64,000 nucleotides of DNA from an uncultured Planctomycetia bacterium (GTDB lineage: Bacteria; Omnitrophota; Gorgyraeia; 2-02-FULL-51-18). Shown piece by piece: positions 41,401 to 53,400 of the stretch. Both the position numbers and the translations under genes were made by a program. The notes under the pieces were generated by a model. It saw only the letters and a program-made list of their open reading frames with translations. It was not told the DNA's origin and did no database searches. Within the stretch, counting starts at the first letter, position 1. Every line of letters starts with the position of its first letter. The stretch is taken from contig CAZXLF010000004.1 of the NCBI GenBank assembly GCA_964642015.1, forward strand, positions 20,738 to 84,737, written 5' to 3'.

Positions 41401-44400
41401 TTTTTCCTGCGCCAGCCGCGCGCCCGGCGGGTTACGTAAAACTAATTTCCATTTCTGTCCCTCTTCTTTACGAAAACCAAGAGTCTGCGCGATCTTGGAA
41501 GTTTGACCGTCCAAAGAAAGATCTTCCACTATAATATAGGCGACGTTGGGAGATTTCTTTAACGATTCCAGTGCTGCTTCGAATAATTTCCTTCCCAGGC
41601 CTCTTTGCCGATAATTGCGGTCTACCGCGATCTGAGTAATCTCACCCTCTTCGTTCCCCATATCAATGAATGTTCTGGCAAATCCCACGACTTTTCGTTC
41701 TTCATTGCGGACAACAAAAACCTCTCCCTCCACTTCTTCGTTCTCCTGCAAAATACCCTGCATGAAAAGCCACAACCGGCGCCTGTATTCTTTAACATCA
41801 CCGATCAATGGCCGATTCAGGAACGGCATATATTCGTTCTTCCACAGTTCTGCGATCTCATCAACGTCGTCCAATCTCGCCCGTTCAACGCGAGATCGCG
41901 AATCCGCTAGCCGGGCGCCAGACGAGACTGAGATGCCTGTCACAAAGTTTTCCGCCACTAGCCTCAATGGGTCTTGACGATAACTTTCCAAGAGCGGTGC
42001 AGCGGCCGGATTCATCCGTTCCAATAAATGCCATGTGACCTCAACAAAAAGTTTGACCATGGCTCCGTCCAAATAATAATGGCCTTGTGTATCATCTTTT
42101 ATCAGTTTGGCGTTCTTTGTACGAGCCAAACGAATGGATAAATTTGTATCAGACGTGGCAATAAGCGGGTCTTTTCCGCCTATTACAATGAGCGCGTTCT
42201 CCAGGCTTTTCAATCGATTGATATCTCTCCGCGGGATCGCAAGCAAAGGCATTTTTCTGACTATTTGCCAGAATGTTCCATTAAAAATATCTTGGAGCTC
42301 TCTGCGCATGACAATGATATTCATAGGATTCCAAAATGTACCGATAAGCGGAGTGTGCATGATTACTTGGGCAGCGGTTTTGATATTGCTATTCAGTAAA
42401 TGCAGGAAAATCGTATAACCGCCAAAACTAAAACCGGCCATTCCTATGCGTTTTGCATCTATACGCTGATCTTGGGCAAGAAATCTCAGAGAAGCATCGA
42501 CCGTCTCAGTGAGGTCCTGCGACGAATTCATTGGCGCCCCATTTTCGCCATGATGAGGCAGGTCGATACGCAACACGGCAAAACCCGTCCAAACCAAAAG
42601 TTTTTCCAATAAATTGAGATAAGGCTGCTCTTTGCTGTGCGTTAAGCCATGCAATAGAATGACCGCAGGCACCGGATGATCTTTCGATGCGTTTTCAGGC
42701 AGCACATAAAAACCGGGAATATCAGGTTTTTCGGGAAGCGGGATCCGCTGGTCAGGCAGGATCACGGGATTCATTCCGCTGCGGCGGTAATCCTCTTGCC
42801 GGCCGCTGACAAATAGCTCTCTCAATTCTCTCATTAAGCGCCGGCTGCGATTGGGCGAAAGAAGGTAGGTTGAAGCGATATACGCCATATTGGCTTTGAC
42901 CAAAGGATTTTGTTCGACCATCGCATGATAAGCCCATTCGCGTTTCCAAGCGTCATACCAGCCAAATCCGCTGCGGTTCAGGATCTCGATCAAAACCCTC
43001 CGTGCAGTAGCTCCATCAATACCATTGGCATGCGCCATTACATATTCATGTTTCGAGAACGCCAATTTCAGGCGCAATATAAAGCTTTCTTTTTCTGTTC
43101 TATAGTTGCCGGGTCTGACAACTTTTCGGGACTTTTCGGTAGTCACAAAGAAACCATCTTCTTCCAAGCTCTTGAACATGCGCTCGGAAAGAAGTGTGCG
43201 ACCCAAACTCGAACGAAATTCCTTGATCGTGCCGGAATCGAACAGTAACTTGACGGCACGCCGCATGAAACCTTCTTTTCCGACCCCGATCTTCATATAA
43301 TCCACTTGCATGGTACGACGGAAAAAACCTTTCAGGTCTGCTTTTGCCCACGCGACAACAACCGGATTCTTCGGATCAGTGATGTCAAAAACCAGCAACA
43401 GATCATGCCTTTTCTTCTCGCGCCTGAAATCGATCCCTTTTAAGATCACAACTTGAATATTGCTACCCAAATCCCTAAGGTCCCGAGCAACACGGTAATG
43501 TTTTGAAGAGGTAAGGCTTTTTATCTTGGCAAAATAAGGCCTGACATCCATCCTTTCTTTTCTTGGTGTTTTGTAGATGTTGGCCAGCCGCGCGCCTTCT
43601 GTTATAAGTCCGCCTTTGACACCGATAATGCTGTCTTGGATATACCGGAACGATCCCCGCAAGGATCGGTCTTCTATAAGATGCACTGTATTCAAAGAAT
43701 AAACTGCGCCGGCCGCTTTGATCAGTTCTTTTTGCACAGCTTCGGTCATTTCGCGATTCTCTTGCCCTTTATAACCGGCAAGTCTGGCTCCGCCTACGAG
43801 AGAATTTATACTGCCGTCTAGGTAACCTCCTTCAAAAACTTCCTCTACTTGAGACCGGGCCAGTTCAGGTGCAGCTTCTTTTACCACTAGCAGCAGATCA
43901 CGATATTCATCTTCCCTTCTAAGATTCGTCAATCTTTTTGCGCCGCCAAAATCAATGAACTTAATATTTCTTCCGTCCCAATAAAAATGATCCCTCCGGA
44001 GAAAAAGCCTAGGTACAAATGCAAAAGCGCCCTTGTTCAATGCATCGCTATAATCAGCACCGATCAAATCGTTATGCACAAATCCGGCTTCATAATGCAA
44101 GCGGCCTAGCGCAAAACCGATCGCTCTCACGATCGGGAGCGTGATCTGAACCAAAGGAGCTGATGGGGGCAAAGTCTGCGTTTCATCCGGACCCAATAAA
44201 ACTCCGTCGGATTCCTCTTGGGACAGAAAAACAATTTTGTTTTCGGTATCGATCAACAGGCTTTTTGGAGCAAGCCCATATTGATGGATCACGTTTGTAA
44301 TCTCGGCTTCGCGTTTCAAAGAGAATTCAGACCAGGTCTTTGCCAGCCATCCTATGACAGGTATGTCGTATAAAAGACCGTAATATTCTTTCGAATAAAA

Positions 44401-47400
44401 TTTGAATGTTCTTATTGCTCCGCTCTGATCGCGGACCGCCAATTGGTGCTCATTGACCGATCTAACAGCAAGCCATGCTCTTCTTTTGGATTGAGCTGCG
44501 ATGCCGTAATCAACAACGGATAACATCTGATCCGAATCTGTTAAAAATCGAAGCACATCCGATGAACGCTCACCAAATATCCTATAGAATCTGATATCAG
44601 ATACTTGTTCGTTATACATAGCAAGCCGTGCGCCACTGTCTTTTTCAAAATCAAAAACTTGCTGAACTGATTTTTGTTCAGGCATTTGAGTTGAGCGATT
44701 AAGATCAGCGATAATCTGAATAATATCGATCAGTTCTTGCCGAAGATCTCTCAAAGCACGTCTCTGATTCCAGCGAATATTCCAACGAAGCACCGTCTCC
44801 ACCGCACGGCCTAAATTTTGCAGATCACTAATGCGGATTTGTTGACCTGATCTGATTCTTTGACGGAGTGCTCCGGCGGCATTTCTCAGTTTGTAGGAAT
44901 TCAAAGTGAAATTAGATGCTCTTCTGACTACTGCTCTGATCCGTGATTCAATTTCCGTTTGACCCGCTAGGCGAGCGCCCTGCTGTTCTTTGCGGGCTCG
45001 AATCCGTTCATTCACAGTTTTCATAAAAACAGGCAGTTTGGATTTTGCGATGACTCCAATTTCGCGTTTTATCGCTTCTCCGATACCAAGCTGCTCTGCA
45101 TCGGCTGTAAGTGATCGCGCGCGGTCCATGAATTCAGCTCTATCGTCAATCCGGCGCAGGGCATTAACATTTTGCCGTAAGATCTTGGCGGGGTCAGGAA
45201 CTGCAACCGGCTCCAGTTTCTTTGGACGTTTTTCTGTCAAAGCGGCAGATGGCTGGGGCGACACTTCCTTAGCGGTGTGGGGCTTCGCTCTTTCCTCGGC
45301 AACAAACTGCGCAAGATCAAATTGATGTTTGCTCTTCCAACTGAAATAACGAGCCCGGGACTGTTTAGAGTCAGCAAGCCCAAGGCCTTTTAAGACCATT
45401 TCTTCCGTGACTTGCTGATCGGCTGGTACACTTGTAATGATCGCGCGGATGCGATTGTAACGCTGCGTTTTTTCAATCATTACCATCATGTCCCGCACTT
45501 CGGGACGGTCCTTATGAACTTCAAACCATCTCCACAATTCTGTCTGAGAAACTTTATCCGAGGCCTGAATAGTAATGGTTCGTGCAAGATTTCCCATGTT
45601 GATCTCTTCTGTCGGCTGTGTAGTCAGCAAATAAATGATCGCACTCCGCGCAGCTTCAAGTCTCATCTGATAACCGCTACTATGTTTCTTCTCCAAACTT
45701 TTCCGCATGATATCAATAGGCTGAGTCCACTGAATACCCAACGCTTCAAGAGAAGCCGGCTTCAAACTATAGACCTGGCTCATCGTAAGACCTGATCTTT
45801 CGGACAAAGATTTTGGATCAATAGGAATAGATGCTGCCTTCATTTCGGCAACAATAGGTGTTAATATTCGAAGTTTCTGTTCGTCTTTCAGTCTTTCGGA
45901 AGCGAGCCGTGCGCCAGACTTGTCTTCAGCATTTCCGTTGGACACTTGAGAGGCTTGATCTCTGGCAAAAAGGACCGATTTCAATGCCAAAATATCCGCA
46001 GCCGTTCTCCAGTCCGTGTCGTATTGTTTTCGTACATCGTCGACGTTGTTCACAGCGTTCGTCAAACTATCTTTGAGCTTTTCGATAACGATCTCTCTCG
46101 GCCACCTTTCGTTAAAAAGATTCTGCTGCCATTCATAAAATGATACGGTAACACCTCCGGCATTAGCGATAGAATCAGGAATCACGATGCTACCGGCCTG
46201 AAGTAATTTTTCATAAGCCTCATTTGAAATAGCCCCATTAGCGCCTTCGATCACAATATCCGCGTTCAACTTTTGAACATTTTCTTTGGTAATGGAATTT
46301 TCTTTAGCGTTGGCATACATGATAAATGTCTTAAGGTCTAAGAACTCATCTCTAGAATTTAAAAGGCGCGCGTTGTGTATTGTATATTCCGGCTTTGAAT
46401 TCAAGCTCGCAAATCCATTCGGGGCTGCCTTTAGACGAAGTAACGTTTCGATGTCTTTCTGATTGAAACCAGATTCCAAATAAATAATGCCTGACATTTC
46501 GGCGATCGCCTGAAGCTTGATCCCGTCTTTGATGGCTTCAAGCGCGGCAGGGATGCCCACTCCGCCAAGGCCTTCCATCTTTGCCGTCATTCCTTCCAGA
46601 CGATTCCATCCCAATTCCAGACCAACGATCGTTTTTAATACATGTTCAACGCCAAATCCCGTTGATTCAGGACGAAAATGCGATCCCGCATGATCAACAT
46701 CAATGACCTCGGCGCCTGTGACATCCTTTTTAACCAACAATGTTTTTGATGTAAATGTGGCCAGGCTGATCGCTAATTGACCCAAAACCGAATTTTCCTG
46801 AACAGGGTACCCTGTTTGTCTCAGAGACGTAAAATATTTAGCGACAACAGTCAGATAGGGGGTCTGCGTCATTGCCTGCATTCTTTTGCTACGATAATCG
46901 CTTTCGACCTGGTCCAAAAGTTGCTGTAGATCTCTGGGATACGCTTGAAATTCTGTTCTCTTCCCATCGGGCATCGGCGTTTCTCTGGCTTTTTGGATAT
47001 GCAGTTTAAGGTATTCATCCGTCATGATATCCATATCCGCCGCCGTGCTTCCCATGTCGGGCGCCGGAATATCGGTGCGCGGTCCTACTCTGCCGGCCTC
47101 AAAGAGGGCTTGTATGAATCGCCTGATGAAATCTGCTCTCAACCGACCGCTTGTCTCCCTGTCTAATCCCTGACTATAATCTCTGATCACAAAAGATCCG
47201 TTTTCTTGCTCAACATCGGCAAATAAAATAACTCCTTTAGCTCCTCCATAGGGTAATTTAGCAGCAGCCGACTTGATCGTCATGCCTACTGCAAGCGCTT
47301 GGGTTTCTTCTCTGACCCATTTGCGCAAAAAATACCTCAATTCGTAAATATTCATTCTCGCGCGGAATTGATTGAATAATTCCATGAACCCCTCATCGGA

Positions 47401-50400
47401 TCCTAACATCCATGCGTATATAAAACGGATCCCGCCCTTGCCGGGCCCGCGTGCAATATTATGAACATCGCGAATGAAAAGAGGGTGGACATCAGTCCCT
47501 AAAATGTTGATCTTTATCTCAGGCTGGAAGTGATTGTAGAAACTTCTAATATAAGCATCGTCATCTTTCGAAAAGTTCCCGACATCGATCGCTTTTTCAA
47601 TACGGCTTTGGGCCGGGGTCGCACCTCTGGTAACACTGGACTCTCCGAGAAAAGTATGCAGGAACGGGTTTTGGTACCTGGGATCCAACTTTAAAGCTGC
47701 AAAATTTTCTTCACGGATCCCAAGTTCATTGAGCTTCCCACGGGCCTCATTGATCAGAAGGATTGTTTCTTGTGTATCGCGAACGGATAAAAACCCTCGG
47801 CCCTGTTGATTTGGAACGACGCGCTTTCTATAACCGGGAGGGAAAAGATGAGTAAGATCGTTCTTTTTTAATTGAATATCAGACAATAGGTCCAGAAGGC
47901 CCCGTTCTATGCGGACATGATGCATCTCCTGCTCGACCCCTTGTCTGTCATTAATACTTATATAAAATACGTCGCCGCCATAGAGCGCGCTCAAAAGCGC
48001 GTCGATCAGCACATATTGATCCGAACCTTTTTCAGGAAAATGTCTAACAATCTTGTCGATACGTTGGACCTCAAAATGCGGACTCTTCCTAGCCGCCAGA
48101 CGTGCGCCGTTGCTGGGCGCTTGAAAAATCCTGGGCGGATTAACTGATCTGTCCAATTCATCATAGATCCTAAGCGCTTCAGATCTGACTTGGCGGATGA
48201 CCTTTTTGTTTTCCAAGTGATCTGTACTGATCTCGTGCAGTTCAAGCATTTCTTCCATCCAATCACGGAAATGGTCCCCACGGGCGAGACCATTTACAAA
48301 AAGCGCCTGCTCATCAGCGGAAAGCAGTACCTTTCTGCCTTTTGCCAGCGGAAGCATGCCGTGTCTCAGATCATAAAGCGCTTTGATAAACTCGTTGTAA
48401 CGTGTCTCACGCAAAAGCGTTTTCAAAAAAACCAAGTAGCGGTGTGTAATGATCATGCCTGAATCGACGCCGCGCAGCTCGGACAATAATTTATTGATAT
48501 CCCGATTGATCCTGATCGCCAGCATAAAATCGCCGAAAGCAAGCGCGCGGTTCACCAAAGCGCTGGCTTGCTTGTCAAGATCAACGATCCTGACGCGGTC
48601 TGTACGGAGCGTTTCGTCGCTGGCGATATCTTTTTCCAGCTTTTTGAAATCCCGACGGAGTTCCGATCTTAATTTAAATAATTTCCATTCCTCGGATATG
48701 AGAAGAGGGATCTGTTTCTTCCAGAAGAGCCATCGGAAATACGGCACCTTCAATTCATCAGGTTTTTTGGCTTCCCAATTCCGGTCAAAATCATCCAAAC
48801 GCTTCTGGATCTCATTTGGTTGAAGACCTTGACGCATCAGCAAATCATGGTAGTTGTGCCACTCTAGAGAATAACGCAGTACAGACCCGGCAATCTTCGC
48901 TTCCACCTCATTTTCCATGTTGAGTTTTGCAAAGTAAGGTACGGGTATATAAGTCAAACGACGAAGCTGGCTGTTCCTGACAATGCCGGCCTGATAAGCC
49001 GTCGAAAGTGTCGGACCCAAAAGATCGGTCTGTGTGAAAACACCCATGATCATCAATGTCTTGCGCGCGTCCGGCGGAAAATATCTTTCGATCAGATAAT
49101 CCACATTGCGTTTGGCTCTGAGGTATAAAGCTTCTTCTTCGGCTGTTAAACGGGTGAGGGGCTCATTTTCATTGAAACGAATGCTGTATTGATTCAGATC
49201 ATCAACGATCAGGGCTTTATCAAGACGCCGTATGATACTTTCGATCTGACGGTAAGTCTGGAGATTCCATTCAAAATAAAGATTCGGATAAAGATAACTG
49301 ATAAAATCAAAACCTGCCTCAAAACGCGCCGTGAGAGATCTTGTCGATTCATTTGCAGGCTTAATGGCCGGCAGCGAAATGATCTCGTATTCTTTCCAGT
49401 CATCATTTTCAGTCAATTGGCGAATGCCTACCGCATAACGGCGCCGTGCTAACCCAAAACTTCCAAAAAATAAAACAGCGTTGATCACGTTGTTATTGTA
49501 TGGGGACATTCCGTTGGTCTTGAACCGGATCTTCTCGTACGGAGTTGAGGTCAATCCAAACATGAGCAATCTGCTATACATTCTAAGTTTGGAAAAATAT
49601 TGGACCATCCATGACTCTTGAGACCGGCCATTAGGATTTGGTTGATTAGGCGCCGATCCGGAAGCCAACCGTGCACCAGCCGAGGAACTGATTTCTCCTT
49701 CAAATATTTTAGCGAATTCTCGTCCTTCAAGTGTCAATACATAAAGATTAGAAGACCTGTCGGCTTTTTTTCGGTCTCTTGCCTGCTCAATCCGCACAAA
49801 AAGTTCCGCGCGGGCCCGTTTCAGCAAACTTTCTATTCCACGCTCGCCAACCCCCGCCAAAAAGGGAGCGGTATTTAAATCCTGTAAAGTGAATACGCCC
49901 TCTCCATGCTGTTGTCTCATCCACACCAGCAGCCGTTTAAAATTTTCGCTAAAAGTCGGTGGTACATTGACAGCGCGAGGAAATGAAGCTGCGATTCGCT
50001 TGCCTTCCTCTGTCAGCACATATCGATCTTCGCCTGTTAAGGGATCCGATTGAACCGCGGCGGTCAGATTTTGTTTTCCGGTCCTCTCGAACCATCTGAA
50101 GCTCGGACTGATCCCTTGTTCATACAAAGCTCGTCGTGTGAATGGTAAATCCGAAAAACGGTTTGCGACCGCATGAAGCCAGTGATCAAATCTTCCTACA
50201 TATTGCTTCTCGACGGATACCCTTTGTTTTCTAACACCCAAATCTTCATAGTCAAAATTCGAGTTCGCCAGAAGATCATAAAGCGCGGTTACTGTAAATG
50301 TTCCTTGCGAAGCATCGGCTACTTCCTGCAACGTCGGTTTATATTCCGCTTCGCCGTGCGCGGTAGCGATATTCTCTGAGATCGCTTTGACTTGTTTAGC

Positions 50401-53400
50401 CATCGCATCATATCTTCTGGGATCTCGAATACCTAAAACAGCATAAGTAACAGAATGGGCCCGCCCATACGGCCCATTAACAAGCGTATAAATATTTTTT
50501 ACCGTGATGCGTCCACTAGATGCTTCGGCAACTTCGCGCACCGAAGGCAAATAACCGGGATCATTTTTTTCTGAAACAAGCTGCGCAGTGATCCTTTGAA
50601 TATCGACGACCCATTGCTCGGGAGCTTTCGCCATTCTAATTCCCAAATCTTCTTCAGGATCGATATGAACGCCTTTTGCGCGGTAACGGTACAGCAAAGT
50701 ACTGAGACTGCCCGTCGTGATTTCTCCTTCTGATGCTTCTTCGATTTCGACCGGCGTCGGGCGGTAATTGGGGTCACCTTTTTCCACGGCTATTTTCCTG
50801 GCTATTTCCCTGACACGCTCAACGATCTCGGCTGCCTGGACTCCTCGCATGCCGACAGAACTATAGGTGATCCCTGCTGGTTTAAGGCGATTGAAGAGCC
50901 TCCAGATGAATTTTGTATTCACTTTATTATCGGATGCTTGCACGATCTCATCGATAGTAGGCCGATAATCAGGTTTGGATCTCTCATGTCGGATCTGATC
51001 AACCAGCGTTTTCAAATAGTCGATCCATTCAACATCATCATGCATAATCCCAGAGGGCCCCGTATTTGGAGCGTAACCGTAAGGAATTTTGTTATCCGAC
51101 ATCGCCAGGATTATCCGCCGTTCCGTAAGAGGATGAGCATAACGCTTGGAAACCTCTACAACACGGCCGGGCGTAGCGTTTACACCTTGCGGCACTTGAG
51201 ATGCAAGCGCATTGAACAATCTGATCCACTCTTCACGGCTTTTATTCGCTTGAGCCAATACCGCATCGACGGCTTGATCATCGCTGTTGAATTTATACTC
51301 CAATTTCTGCGCTTCTTTTCTGAATTCACCGCGCGCCGCATCAAAACCCTCTCTGTCAACCTTCGCAATAGCTTTCGAACCCAGGTCAATATACTTTCTC
51401 AAAGAAGCATTTTCTTGCGTAGCACCCCCGACATTATGCTCCGAAGCCCAATGAAGAATATCGGCGAGCCTTAATTCGTCCTCGATCATGGTGTCATACA
51501 TGATCTTTCGGGATTCATATTCGGACACGATGAACTGAAAATTCCTCAATTGGGCAAGATCAAACAAGAGATCAATGACTTCCGTTTCTTGCGCATTGAA
51601 TGATGCATCAGGGCCCGTCTGACGTTCATGCCGCACTGAAAGGAATTCGGCCAATTCATCAGGAACAAAGCGCTCCAAAAAGGTATTTCCTTCCAAATGA
51701 TCCATGCCCTGGAAAACGCCGGGAAAACTTCTCCTTGCCGTGCGTGCCTTGACTTGCTCTTCTACGGCGCTAAGCCTGTTGCGATAGGTGCTCAAGATGA
51801 CCAAGCCCGCGACGCTCTTATTTTCATTGAAAACCTGAACCTCCTTTTGGGCAGCAAGAGATTCATCCAATTTGATATCGTACCCGCGGGTTCCTACTTG
51901 CGCGACTATGGTGATCGTGAACGGTTCGCCGGTCCTGTGTAAGTTTTGCTGATCAGCTTTATTATTGAGACCTGTCACAGTTCTGACGGACGCTTTAGTT
52001 TTTAAAAACGGTTTCTGTTCGTCCAGCTGCAGCAATAAACCCACGATTTCTTTGGCTTCTTTCGGTGTTTGGCAATTCACGATGATCGGTTGCCCTGTTC
52101 CATAGATCGCCGAAACAGCCGATACAAGATCGTTGATCTTTTTATCCCGCGTAAGATAATACCGATTCGGCCAATTTTGGCGGTTATCCTCGTGTATACG
52201 CTTGAAGTCTATGAGCTTAAGTCCGTAATATTGGATCAGGAAACCTCTCGTGAGATCATCAGCAACTCCCGTCACTCCGCTTACGAAACCAAAACGGTTA
52301 TAGGCATAAGCCATTGTGATCAAAGATAGTGGCCGGCTTTCTAAGCGGACGCGGACCGCTTCATTTCTCTTTAAGCTTTCTTTGGCCTCGATAAAACTCT
52401 GAATGCCCAGCTGAAGACGCACTTCATTCTCCAGTTCTCCGGTAATTCGATTACGCAGTATGACTAAACCGTCCTTGACGACATAATTCACGTCATCGTT
52501 GTAAATTGCATAAGCAACCATGGCCGCTTGAAGCAGTTCCGCCACATTGGCATGACTCAGAAAATCATTCGCTTTTCCATTTCCCATGTGAGACTTGAGC
52601 GCAGGTTCGGAAGTCCGAAGCAGATTTTCGAAAGCGGCCATAAGTTCGGTATTCTTACGAGGAGTCAACACAACGCTTTCGCCTTTGATAACGTAATCTT
52701 TCGGCGTAATATTTGCTTCGAGAAGTTGATAAGCTGTTTTATAGAATTTTTCAATTTCAGGATGTGCCGGCCCCCAATATTCGGATGAGATCTGCGGTTG
52801 ATTTAGAACGCCGAAAAGAGGTGTATCCGCCTCTTCTATGAATATCGCCGGCTGAGAAGGATGGATCTTGTTTTTCCGGGCCTCGAACCAATCCTCTCTC
52901 CAATAGTGAGTAAGCTCCGAAAAAGGCCCGCATACGATATCTCCGTCATGGAATGCCTTTGAAATCGATTCAAATCTATCGGTAGTTGCATCGCCGTTTT
53001 TTACACTTTCTAAATGCGGATAATGAAGTGTCCCATTCTTCTTGGCCACAGTCCCTTCAAAAGGACGCTTATTCAGGATCGCGAAAACCCGCAAACCAAG
53101 CGGAACCATAATCACGGACATTAGCTGAGAATCTCTGGCGGTAAGACCGTTGTCCCAATCATGTACTTCTACTTTCGTGTCGTTCAAAGCTTTAAGATAA
53201 GAAGCGAGCGCTACGGTAAGAGTTTTACCTTCGGATGTCGGCATGATCACCAATTGATGGTTCTTCAGCAAAAGGATCGCGGCCGCTATCTGATTCTCAG
53301 TCGGCGAACCCCCAATATGGGCGGCGATCAATGAATTAACGTTCGGATCATGCGAAAAAGATTCTTTTTTGGAATCAAATTTTACTTCGTTCATATCAGG

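Noticed and set aside
52700-53400. Degenerate Fic-like segment (…SGHHRLAWLLANFLLIRNGYEPF…) upstream of the SecA-like module
   Set aside because: It lacks the HPFx[DE]GNGR core. The resemblance is limited to the helix following the motif, and the coordinates were not pinned down.
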